Positions 9,898 through 19,163 of a DNA stretch of 32,000 nt are shown here, in pieces. The number at the start of each line of letters is the position of its first letter. The stretch's first letter is position 1. The notes beneath the pieces are model-generated. The model was not told the DNA's origin. It saw only the letters and a list, made by a program, of their open reading frames with translations, and searched no databases. The position numbers were made by a program, and so were the translations under genes. Source of the DNA: Vibrio vulnificus CMCP6 (lineage in GTDB: Bacteria; Pseudomonadota; Gammaproteobacteria; Enterobacterales; Vibrionaceae); the NCBI RefSeq assembly GCF_000039765.1, contig NC_004459.3, positions 840,001-872,000 on the forward strand, written 5' to 3'.

Positions 9898-9933
9898 ATT
9901 GAAACATTTCACAATAAAGTGCGCCAAATCACA
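9898..9933 (+). promoter_or_regulatory. Two tandem CRP-like sites exactly 20 bp apart upstream of the receptor gene
   Basis: ATTGA-N6-TCACA (9898-9913) and AGTGC-N6-TCACA (9918-9933) against consensus TGTGA-N6-TCACA; each has a perfect right half-site. A possible -10 (TATAAC) is at 9951-9956. Confidence 0.4.
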
Positions 9934-10128
9934 GATAATCATGCTGTATATATAACTTAATTTAAAATTTTACATATTTTTTACATTTCATTAGCCGTGC
10001 ATCCCACTGGTTTGACTTGCAAAATTCATCTCATGTATATCTGTCGCGAAACGTTAACGAAACATTAACGTCACATTTGGTCGTCGTTCAGACCAAACAT
10101 AGGAATTAAGCAACACGGAGCAACACGG

Positions 10129-12717
10129 ATGTATAAAAACACAACAGCCTTATCCGTTGCGATCAGCCTTGCATTGGGTACAGCAGCCATGTCCCCGATA
10201 GCTTTCGCAGAAGAGCAGCAAGTCGAGCAACTACAAAAGATGAAAGTCACCGGTTCACGAATCTCAACCACTGAGATGGAAGGACCTTCTCCTGTCACCG
10301 TCATTACCAGCAAAGATATTGCGGCGAAAGGTTTTAACAGCGCACAAGACATTCTCAACAGCTTGACGCAAAACACAGGTGGTACACTCGCGCAAACCAA
10401 CTCATTCTCGTTCACTCCTGCAGCACAGTCCGTTAACCTTCGTGGTCTAGGCGCTTCACGTACGTTGATTTTGATCGATGGCCGTCGCATGCCGCAGTAC
10501 CCACTGGCACAAAACGGCGTTTCAAACTTCCAAGACATCGGCCAAATCCCTGTATCAGCGATTGAGCGTGTGGAAGTAATGACTGACTCAGGTTCGGCCA
10601 TCTACGGTTCTGATGCGATCGGCGGTGTGGTTAACTTTATCCTCAAGAAAGACTTCGACGGCGTGTCAGTGAAGGCGCGTTATGGCGATGCCACTGAAGG
10701 TGGCTACGAAAACGGCCGTCTTGATATCGTTGCGGGTAAAGACATGGAAGATAAGCGTGTTTTGTTTGTTGCGCAGTTAGCGGGCAACGAAATGCTGCAA
10801 CAAAGCGACAGAAGCTGGGCGGGTGACGATAACTCTGATCGCTCTGCCTTTGGCGCTTACTCTAGCTACGGTGCGAGCTTTGTTGAAAAAGGCACCGGCA
10901 ACGTTCTAACACCTGCGGTCAATGGTAAAACGTGTCAAGACGTTGTGGGGGAACATGGTATCGATCGCGCCGATGGCAAGTGTGGCTTTAACCGCTCAGC
11001 GTATCGCTCCTTAAAACCAGAAAACAAACAAGTCGACCTACTACTTCGTGGTGAAATGGATCTTAATGATGATCTGACTGCGATGGCAGAAGCGCGTTTC
11101 GGTTACAAATCTACCTCTTCCATTTTCGAACCGAACCCATACGACGTTGAAACAGACGCAAAGCACTCACGTGGTGAAGGTAAATACACTCGTCGTTTGG
11201 TGGAATTTGGCCCACGTGAAAGCAATACGGAAGCGAACGCATTTGGCTTGACCACAGGTTTAACTGGTTTACTGGCAAATACCTACGATTGGGAAGTGTA
11301 CGCCAGTTACTCTGAGCAAAAAGTCGAGACCGACAACCCTGCAGTGTTGAACACTCTCGATCAAGCGGTTCAAAACGGTTACATCGACCTACTCGATACG
11401 ATCTCTGCTGCCGACGTTGCCAAATACAGCGGCCGCTCAACCAAAGAAGCGTACTCAAAACTCTACTCCATCAATGGCTCACTTGCTGGCGATCTAGTGG
11501 AACTGCCTGCCGGCATGTCTGGCTTTGCGGTTTACGGTGAATGGAACCGTACCGATTACAACGAATCTATCGATGCGATCACCAAATCAGGCGGATTCTC
11601 TGGTCTAGGCGGCACCTCTGGTGGTGGTGAGCGTGATCAAATCGGTTTAGGTGTGGAAGTGCTTATTCCAGTACTGGAAGACCTAGAAGTGACGCTAGCG
11701 GGTCGTTATGACCACTACTTTGATGATTCAGCAACTGGCGGTGCCTTTACACCGAAAGCGTCGATCGCTTACCGTCCTACCGATACCCTATTGCTACGTG
11801 GTAGCTACGGCCTTGGTTTCCGCGCACCAGACCTAAAACGTCTGTTTGGTGAAGAGACCAAAGCGTTTGGCTCAGGCTTCGATCCACAACTTTGTGCTTC
11901 TGTCGGCGGTACTGGCCCTAACGACACCATTCCTGAGTGTTCAACACAGTACTTTGATACGGTAAACGGTCCAAACGCCGAGCTTGAAGAAGAAACCAGC
12001 ACCAACATCAACTTGGGCCTAGCGTGGGAACCTGTGGATGATCTTGGTTTAACCGTTGACTGGTACCACATCAAAATGGAAAACGTGGTATCCGCACCTT
12101 CTTACCAAGACGTTATCAACGATCCGTCAAAGTACCCAGGTACCCAAGTGGTTCGTAACCCAGATGGCACCATCAAAACCGTTATTTATGGCCCAGTAAA
12201 CCAAGCGTTTGAAACTCGCTCGGGTATCGACTTGTCATTGGGTTATGCGTACGACACGGTGAGCATGGGTTCATTCTCAACCAAGTTCTCTATCACTAAG
12301 ATCTTGATTGCAGAATCTCAAGAAAGCAGCAGTGAGCCAGTGATCGATGAGCGTGACTTCCTACCGGAATACACCGCGACATTGAACCTAGGCTGGGCAT
12401 ACCAAGACGTGAACGTGAACCTATTTGGTAAGTTCCGCGACGAGATGTGTACAAGTTACGCGAACGACTACTACTTCGAAGATTGTGATGCAGCGAAAAA
12501 AGCGGGTTACGAAACCAAGATCTCTAGTATGACAACGTGGAACCTAACAACGTCTTACCAATTCAACGAAAGTGGTCGTGTCACTCTAGGCATCATCAAC
12601 ATGTTTGATAAAGAGCCGCCAAAAGATCCTCTAAACGACACTTCTCCTTTCTACGCAGACACTTATGACGATCCAATTGGTCGCCAAGTGTATGTTGAGG
12701 CGTCTTACGACTTCTAG
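10129..12717 (+). CDS. TonB-dependent outer membrane receptor
   Basis: 862 aa; signal peptide; TonB-box/plug region QLQKMKVTGSRISTTEMEGPSPVTVITSKDI, LRGLGASRTLILIDGRRMP, IERVEVMTDSGSAIYGSDAIGGVVNFILKK; beta-barrel ending in aromatic VYVEASYDF. Confidence 0.95.
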   Translation: MYKNTTALSVAISLALGTAAMSPIAFAEEQQVEQLQKMKVTGSRISTTEMEGPSPVTVITSKDIAAKGFNSAQDILNSLTQNTGGTLAQTNSFSFTPAAQSVNLRGLGASRTLILIDGRRMPQYPLAQNGVSNFQDIGQIPVSAIERVEVMTDSGSAIYGSDAIGGVVNFILKKDFDGVSVKARYGDATEGGYENGRLDIVAGKDMEDKRVLFVAQLAGNEMLQQSDRSWAGDDNSDRSAFGAYSSYGASFVEKGTGNVLTPAVNGKTCQDVVGEHGIDRADGKCGFNRSAYRSLKPENKQVDLLLRGEMDLNDDLTAMAEARFGYKSTSSIFEPNPYDVETDAKHSRGEGKYTRRLVEFGPRESNTEANAFGLTTGLTGLLANTYDWEVYASYSEQKVETDNPAVLNTLDQAVQNGYIDLLDTISAADVAKYSGRSTKEAYSKLYSINGSLAGDLVELPAGMSGFAVYGEWNRTDYNESIDAITKSGGFSGLGGTSGGGERDQIGLGVEVLIPVLEDLEVTLAGRYDHYFDDSATGGAFTPKASIAYRPTDTLLLRGSYGLGFRAPDLKRLFGEETKAFGSGFDPQLCASVGGTGPNDTIPECSTQYFDTVNGPNAELEEETSTNINLGLAWEPVDDLGLTVDWYHIKMENVVSAPSYQDVINDPSKYPGTQVVRNPDGTIKTVIYGPVNQAFETRSGIDLSLGYAYDTVSMGSFSTKFSITKILIAESQESSSEPVIDERDFLPEYTATLNLGWAYQDVNVNLFGKFRDEMCTSYANDYYFEDCDAAKKAGYETKISSMTTWNLTTSYQFNESGRVTLGIINMFDKEPPKDPLNDTSPFYADTYDDPIGRQVYVEASYDF

Positions 12718-12742
12718 ATAGCAACACTTTGTAAACCCTTTT

Positions 12743-12767
12743 GGCGCGGGAAATGCCCGCGCCCTTT
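12743..12767 (+). terminator. Terminator/attenuator between the receptor gene and the DUF3450-TonB module
   Basis: GGCGCGGG-aaatg-CCCGCGCC followed by ctttt; perfect 8 bp GC stem. Confidence 0.7.
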
Positions 12768-12800
12768 TCGACTGACAAAAACACTGACAAGGATGCAACC

Positions 12801-13565
12801 ATGACGTTAAAGAAATTTGGCGTGAGTGCACTCACCGCAGCGATGCTGAGCCTAACAGGCAGCGCGTTAGCCGCAGACGCAGGAAGCGTGATTTCCACTC
12901 AGGCAGGCACCAATAAAGCCGCTCAAGTCTCTCAAGACAAAATCGATGGCTACGCGGATAGTACCGACACCATGCTCGCCGAATACAAGGCCATCATGCG
13001 CCAAGTAGACAGCATGAAAGTCTACAACGAGCAGATCAATCGCATGGTGCAATCGCAGCAAGGCGAACTGGATTCATTAGATCGCCAAATCGCGCAGATT
13101 GACCAAACCGCGATGGAAGTGGTGCCACTGACTTTAAAAATGATTGATGCGCTCGACGAAATCGTCACGCTCGATCTGCCGTTCCAAACCAAAGAACGCA
13201 ACAAACGAATCAACGAACTACGCGAACTAATGGATCGCGCAGACGTCACCACCTCGGAAAAATTCCGCAAAGTGATGGAAGCGTACCAAATCGAAGAAGG
13301 CTTCTCTCGTTCCATCGAATCTTACAAAGCCAGCTTAGATCGCAATGGTGAAGTGGTGACTTACGACTTCCTACGCATTGGTCGTACTGCGTTGCTTTAC
13401 CAATCGCCAGACGGTGTTGAAACCGGTATGTGGAACCAGCAAACCCGCCAATGGGAAGCGCTGCCTGAAAGCTACCGTATTGCCGTGCAGCAAGGAATTC
13501 GTATCGCGAAGAAACAAGCGCCACCGGCTCTGATCAAATTGCCAGTGTTTGCTGGGGAGGAATAA
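12801..13565 (+). CDS. DUF3450-family periplasmic coiled-coil protein associated with Vibrio TonB systems
   Basis: Start Met at 12801 (MTLKKFGVSALTAAMLSLTGSALA signal peptide) then coiled coil (MVQSQQGELDSLDRQIAQIDQTAMEVVPLTLKMIDALDEIV...). First gene of the TonB accessory module. Confidence 0.8.
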   Translation: MTLKKFGVSALTAAMLSLTGSALAADAGSVISTQAGTNKAAQVSQDKIDGYADSTDTMLAEYKAIMRQVDSMKVYNEQINRMVQSQQGELDSLDRQIAQIDQTAMEVVPLTLKMIDALDEIVTLDLPFQTKERNKRINELRELMDRADVTTSEKFRKVMEAYQIEEGFSRSIESYKASLDRNGEVVTYDFLRIGRTALLYQSPDGVETGMWNQQTRQWEALPESYRIAVQQGIRIAKKQAPPALIKLPVFAGEE

Positions 13566-13567
13566 TC

Positions 13568-14929
13568 ATGAAAGGATTCAAAACCATCGCCGCCGCACTG
13601 CTGGCTAGCCTGTTTATGGTCTCCAGCGCGCATGCGGAAGCACCAAAATCACTCAACGAACTGCTCAAGAACGTCAAATCGGAAAGCATCGTTGAGTCAA
13701 AAGAAAACAAAGCGCGTGAGCAAGAATTTCTTGCCGACCGCAACAAACAAGCGGAGCTGCTCAAGCAGGCAAAAGCCCAACTCAAAGCCGAAACGGCACT
13801 GGGTGAGCAACTGAAAGCCACCTTTGACGACAACGACAAAAAGCTGACCGAACTGACTGAAACGTTACGCCAACGTTCAGGCACTTTGGGCGAAATGTTT
13901 GGCGTGGTTCGTCAGTATGCGGGTGAATTCAAAGGCCTATTCAACGCCTCTCAGAACGCAGTTCAGTTTCCACAACGTGACGCTTTGCTCACCAAACTGG
14001 CCGAGAGTAAAGAGCTGCCTTCCACCGAAGAACTCGAGTCGTTCTGGCACACCGTGCTGCAACAGATCATTGTGTCTGGGGAAACCTCAACCACACCTGC
14101 AACCGTGGTTTACGGCGAAGGTAAAGAAGCCGTACGTGATGTCACCTTGGTGGGTGAATTTAACGCCATCGCTGATGGCAAATACGTTACCTACGTCCCT
14201 CAAACCGGCAAGTTCGAAGAGTTGTCTCGTCAACCACGTGCCAATATCACCCGTCATGTAGCGGGATTTGAATCCACCTCTTCAAGCTATGAGCCGCTAT
14301 TTATTGACCCTTCTCGCGGCGTCATTTTATCTCTCTTGGTACAAAGCCCCACCGTAAAAGAACGCATCGACCAAGGTGGTATCGTGGGTTACGTGATTCT
14401 CGCCATGGGTGCATTAGGCGCATTGATTGCCCTATTCTGTTACCTACGTTTACTGGTGATCGGCGGCAAGATGCGTAAGCAAGCCAAATCTGATGCGGTG
14501 ATTGAAGGCAACCCACTGGGTGAAGTGATTCAAGCGTATCAAGATCACAAAGGCGACAACTTGGAAGATCTAGAAGCGAAACTGGATGAAATCATTCTAC
14601 GCAACGCGCCTAAGATCGAGCGATTCATTGTCTCCATCAAACTGTTTGCTTCCGTTGCGCCACTACTGGGCCTCTTGGGTACGGTAATGGGGATGATCGG
14701 CACCTTCCAAGCGATCACTCTCTTTGGTACTGGCGATCCGAAACTGATGGCCGGCGGTATCTCGGAAGCACTCGTGACCACCATGCTTGGTCTGGTTGTG
14801 GCCATCCCACTGCTGTTCTTCTACACCTTAGTACACAGTAAAGGCCGTCGTTTAGTGCAAACCCTTGAAGAGCAAAGCGCTGGCTTTATTGCTCGCTACC
14901 AGGAAAAACTGCACACAGCCGAACGCTAA
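13568..14929 (+). CDS. ttpC: TtpC-like MotA/TolQ/ExbB-family protein with long periplasmic N-terminal domain
   Basis: 453 aa; signal peptide and ~250 aa coiled-coil/periplasmic region, then ExbB-type proton channel domain (KLFASVAPLLGLLGTVMGMIGTFQAITLFGTGDPKLMAGGISEALVTTMLGLVVAIPLL). Confidence 0.85.
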   Translation: MKGFKTIAAALLASLFMVSSAHAEAPKSLNELLKNVKSESIVESKENKAREQEFLADRNKQAELLKQAKAQLKAETALGEQLKATFDDNDKKLTELTETLRQRSGTLGEMFGVVRQYAGEFKGLFNASQNAVQFPQRDALLTKLAESKELPSTEELESFWHTVLQQIIVSGETSTTPATVVYGEGKEAVRDVTLVGEFNAIADGKYVTYVPQTGKFEELSRQPRANITRHVAGFESTSSSYEPLFIDPSRGVILSLLVQSPTVKERIDQGGIVGYVILAMGALGALIALFCYLRLLVIGGKMRKQAKSDAVIEGNPLGEVIQAYQDHKGDNLEDLEAKLDEIILRNAPKIERFIVSIKLFASVAPLLGLLGTVMGMIGTFQAITLFGTGDPKLMAGGISEALVTTMLGLVVAIPLLFFYTLVHSKGRRLVQTLEEQSAGFIARYQEKLHTAER

Positions 14930-14938
14930 GGAGGCGCT

Positions 14939-15466
14939 ATGTGGTGGTTAATTGAAGAGTTAGAGTCCATCAGACGATTCCTTGGCATGGGTGGCGACGT
15001 ATTGGTCGCGATCTTTGTCCTCAGCTTCATGCTGTGGGTCGTTTTGCTGGAACGCTGGTTCTACTTTATCGCCGTCGCTCCTCGTGCCATGAAGCAAGCT
15101 CTTGCCACTTGGACCGAGCGCACGGAGCACACCAGCTGGAACGCCAGAATGATCAGACAGGAGATCATCTCCCGTCAGGATATCGAGAATAAAAAAGGGT
15201 TACCGATCGTCAAAGTGTTGATCGCCCTCTGTCCACTGCTTGGTCTTTTAGGCACCGTGGTGGGCATGATTCAAGTATTCGATATTTTGGCCATCGTCGG
15301 AACAGGAAGCCCTCGCGCCATGGCGTCAGGGATCTCAAAGGCAACCATTCCAACACTTGCAGGAATGGTGGCATCGCTATCGGGGTTGTTCTTTAGCACC
15401 CGCTTAGATCACTTAGCGAAAGTCACCACTCGTAAACTGGAAGATAAGTTGAAGCATATTGCCTAA
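14939..15466 (+). CDS. exbB: ExbB-type TonB energy transduction protein (short form)
   Basis: 175 aa; LIALCPLLGLLGTVVGMIQVFDILAIVGTGSPRAMASGISKATIPTLAGMVASLSGLFF. Confidence 0.9.
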   Translation: MWWLIEELESIRRFLGMGGDVLVAIFVLSFMLWVVLLERWFYFIAVAPRAMKQALATWTERTEHTSWNARMIRQEIISRQDIENKKGLPIVKVLIALCPLLGLLGTVVGMIQVFDILAIVGTGSPRAMASGISKATIPTLAGMVASLSGLFFSTRLDHLAKVTTRKLEDKLKHIA

Positions 15467-15520
15467 TACCAATGGCAGAGCGATCGCCTTTTCTCTCTAT
15501 CGCTCTGGCTGATTTGGTAT
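15466..15520 (+). repeat. Long interrupted inverted repeat in the exbB-exbD gap
   Basis: ATACCAA (15466-15472) ... CAGAGCGAT (15476-15484) - 14 nt - ATCGCTCTG (15499-15507) ... TTGGTAT (15514-15520); both arm pairs are perfect. Confidence 0.6.
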
Positions 15521-15547
15521 CAATAAATGGAATTAGAGGTATAGGTC

Positions 15548-15955
15548 ATGAAAAGACGCTATAGCAGTGACAGTAATGATGAAATGGCCATTGATATGAC
15601 CCCGATGCTCGACATCGTTTTCATCATGTTGATCTTCTTTATTGTAACAACGTCATTTGTAAAAGAAGCGGGTATCGATGTGAACCGCCCTAGTGCCAAC
15701 TCGGCACAAACCGTCGCCAAAGGCAACATCATGGTCGCGGTTGGCGCGGCGGGTGATGTCTGGATCGACAAGCGACGCGTCGAAGTCGATGCGGTCCGTG
15801 CCAACGTTGAACGCCTGCGTGCAGAAAGCCCAGATGGTGCAGTGGTCATCCAAGCGGATGAAGAAGCGAATGCTGGTGTGGTTGTAAAAGTGATGGATCA
15901 GATACGCATGGCTGGTGTAGCCAATATCTCCATCGCCGCGACCAACAAGGATTAA
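15548..15955 (+). CDS. exbD: ExbD/TolR-family protein
   Basis: 135 aa; IDMTPMLDIVFIMLIFFIVTTSFVKEAGIDVNRP is the diagnostic ExbD N-terminus. Confidence 0.93.
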   Translation: MKRRYSSDSNDEMAIDMTPMLDIVFIMLIFFIVTTSFVKEAGIDVNRPSANSAQTVAKGNIMVAVGAAGDVWIDKRRVEVDAVRANVERLRAESPDGAVVIQADEEANAGVVVKVMDQIRMAGVANISIAATNKD

Positions 15956-15959
15956 GCTT

Positions 15960-16592
15960 ATGCGTTATCTGGCCTCAATTGCACTGGCGCTCGTTGTCTC
16001 CCTCGGATTGTTCTGGGGGATGGACAAGCTGGTAAATAAAGAGCGCCACGAACTGGCATCGAACGATGATCTGCGCATGGTGGATTTCATTCGAGTCAAA
16101 CCCGAAGAAAAAGTACAGGAGAAAAAACGCGAGCTACCCAAACCGCCACCACCGAAACGTCCACCACCACCGCCGGAGATGAAGATCACCTCCACAGTAA
16201 AACCGGTGATGGAACAGATCCCTATAGACATGCCCAAGCTGGATCTGCCCGTCAACATTACTGGTGGTTCCGTTCTTGGTCATTATTCCCAAGGTGGCGG
16301 GGCACAAGTAGCTGGCACTGGTGGTCCGATGCCATTAGCGACTTTCCAACCGCAAATGCCGCGTAAAGCCGCCAAAGCGGGATTGGAAAAAGGTTTGGTT
16401 GTTCTTGAGTTCACCGTCAACGAGCGTGGCGGGGTGGAAGACATCAAAGTTCTCAAAGAGGAACCTCGCCGCATGGATTTGGGTAAAGAAGCACGGAAAA
16501 CCGTGTCGAAATGGACCTTTAAACCCAAGATGGTCGATGGCAAACCTGTGAGCTCTCGTATGGCTCAAGAAATTGAGTTCTCGGTAAATTAA
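15960..16592 (+). CDS. tonB: TonB energy transducer (TonB2/TonB3-like, short)
   Basis: 210 aa; N-terminal TM, Pro-rich KPPPPKRPPPPPEMK, TonB C-terminal domain (AAKAGLEKGLVVLEFTVNERGGVEDIKVLKEEP). Confidence 0.92.
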   Translation: MRYLASIALALVVSLGLFWGMDKLVNKERHELASNDDLRMVDFIRVKPEEKVQEKKRELPKPPPPKRPPPPPEMKITSTVKPVMEQIPIDMPKLDLPVNITGGSVLGHYSQGGGAQVAGTGGPMPLATFQPQMPRKAAKAGLEKGLVVLEFTVNERGGVEDIKVLKEEPRRMDLGKEARKTVSKWTFKPKMVDGKPVSSRMAQEIEFSVN

Positions 16593-16602
16593 GGAGTCAA
16601 AC

Positions 16603-17820
16603 ATGATGAAATCATTCAAAAATGTCCTGGCTTCCCTCACCTTGATTGCTGGTGTGATACTCACACCAGCGCAAGCGAAAGAAGCTCCGGAACTGTCTGA
16701 CCGTACCTTCCGTACTGTGAATAAGGTGCAGGAACTGATCGCAACAGAGAAATACTCTGCGGCATTGGAAAAGCTCTCTGACGCGCTGGAAGGCACCACC
16801 AAAAAATACGATCGCGCGGTACTGCTGCAACAAACGGGCTTTTTGTACTCCCTCAAAGAGGATTACAAAAATGCGGCAAAATACTTCGCGGAATCGTTAA
16901 AACTGGAGGCTTTACCGGTTCCTGTGGCTCAGCAAGTGCGTTATAGCTTGGCCCAATTGTACCTTTCTGAAGAAAAGTACAAACAGTCGGTAGAGACGAT
17001 GAAAACGTGGTTTGAAATCGCCAAAACCACCGATGAAAAGCCTCAAGCCCATGCGTACATCACTCTCGCCAGTGCCTACGTTCAAATGGATGATTACAAA
17101 AACGCGATTGCACCTACCAAGCAAGCCATCGCAATGAGTAAGAATCCAAGTGAATCCTGGTATCTGCTGTTGATGGCATCGCACTACGAGCTGAAGCAAT
17201 TGAAAGAAGTGGTGGGCGTTTTAAAAATACTCACCACAAAATACCCAGAGAAAAAACGGTATTGGATGCAGTTGTCGGGAACCTATATGGAACTCAACCA
17301 AGAGCGCAATGCCCTTTCTGCACTCGAAATGGCTTACAAAATGGGGCTACTCGATGAAGAGAAAGAGTTTCTTCGCTTGGTGAATTTCTTAGCGTACCAA
17401 AACATCCCATACCGAGCGGCGAAAACGCTGCAAACGGAACTGGATAACGGCAATATCACGCGAAATCAGGACAATTTGGAGCGTTTAGCCAGTTTTTGGC
17501 AACAAGCAAAAGAACTGGATAAAGCGATCGACACTTATCAACAAGCGTATACTTTGGCCCCTACTGCCAAGAGCCAAATTCGCATCGCGCGTTTGATGCT
17601 TCAAGATAAGCAGTTTGATAAAGCGACCGAGTTTACTGGTACGCCAGCGGCTGATGCCAAATTGGATCAAAAAGCAGAGCTGGAATACGTTCGTGGCCTT
17701 GCTTACTTTGAACTGAAAGATTCTCAGCGTGCGTTACGCTCAATGCAAAGTGCTGCTCAGTCAGAAAAAATGCGCCAAGTGGTTAGCCCTTGGATCACAT
17801 ATCTGGCGGGTCAAGGATAA
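16603..17820 (+). CDS. TPR-repeat periplasmic protein linked to the TonB module
   Basis: 405 aa; signal peptide and repeated TPR-like helices (AVLLQQTGFLYSLKEDYKNAAKYFAESLKL; AYITLASAYVQMDDYKNAIAPTKQAIAM). Begins 11 nt after tonB. Confidence 0.85.
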   Translation: MMKSFKNVLASLTLIAGVILTPAQAKEAPELSDRTFRTVNKVQELIATEKYSAALEKLSDALEGTTKKYDRAVLLQQTGFLYSLKEDYKNAAKYFAESLKLEALPVPVAQQVRYSLAQLYLSEEKYKQSVETMKTWFEIAKTTDEKPQAHAYITLASAYVQMDDYKNAIAPTKQAIAMSKNPSESWYLLLMASHYELKQLKEVVGVLKILTTKYPEKKRYWMQLSGTYMELNQERNALSALEMAYKMGLLDEEKEFLRLVNFLAYQNIPYRAAKTLQTELDNGNITRNQDNLERLASFWQQAKELDKAIDTYQQAYTLAPTAKSQIRIARLMLQDKQFDKATEFTGTPAADAKLDQKAELEYVRGLAYFELKDSQRALRSMQSAAQSEKMRQVVSPWITYLAGQG

Positions 17821-17883
17821 CCAAACGTCTGAATTGTTAGCAATTCTGGCATCTGGTTAAGTGTGAGTCAGTCGCACGTGTCT

Positions 17884-17908
17884 GGGGAAGCTTGTCTTCC
17901 CCTTTTTT
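17884..17908 (+). terminator. Rho-independent terminator of the TonB module operon
   Basis: GGGGAAG-cttgt-CTTCCCC followed by TTTTTT. Confidence 0.85.
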
Positions 17909-18024
17909 CTTCTACACAACAGGCAAATCGCGTTCATTTTGGAGACAACTTCAACTGGCAACCACCCTCAGTTCGTGATACTCTTCGCCTCCATTTTTCT
18001 GGCCGAAAAGTCATCAACTGGTGA

Positions 18025-18729
<705 letters not shown>

Positions 18730-18856
18730 GACCCCAGAAAGCATTCTGTGGCACTAATAATACAACTCAAGGTACCTCAAGCTAGACACTGAGAACTGAG
18801 AGCCTGTATACTTTCTCGTCATTCAAAAAAATTTAGTTAACTAATTTGGAGTTCTC

Positions 18857-19129
18857 ATGGCACGCGTAACTGTTCAAGACGCTGTTGAAAAAGTTGGCAA
18901 CCGTTTCGACTTGGTTCTGATTGCGGCTCGCCGCGCTCGTCAAATGCAAACTGGCGGCAAAGATTCACTAGTGCCGGAAGAGAATGATAAGCCAACCGTT
19001 ATCGCTCTACGCGAAATCGAAGAAGGCCTTATCACTAAAGAAGTGCTTGATGCGCGTGAGCGTCAAGAGCAACAAGAACAAGAAGCAGCAGAACTAGCGG
19101 CCGTTAGCAGCATCGCTCGCAACCGTTAA
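18857..19129 (+). CDS. rpoZ: DNA-directed RNA polymerase subunit omega
   Basis: [59 protein letters not shown]. Confidence 0.97.
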   Translation: MARVTVQDAVEKVGNRFDLVLIAARRARQMQTGGKDSLVPEENDKPTVIALREIEEGLITKEVLDARERQEQQEQEAAELAAVSSIARNR

Positions 19130-19163
19130 TTCGCCTTAAAACACAACATCCCGGGCCCATAAT

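Noticed and set aside
9302-10128. Possible genomic island or mobile element boundary in the AT-rich intergenic region
   Set aside because: No integrase, transposase, tRNA, target-site duplication or matching terminal repeats; the AT-richness is consistent with a long divergent promoter region.
10071-10601. 176 aa minus-strand ORF antisense to the receptor gene
   Set aside because: Shadow ORF with high Cys/Ser content and no domain, fully explained by the codon structure of the receptor gene on the other strand.
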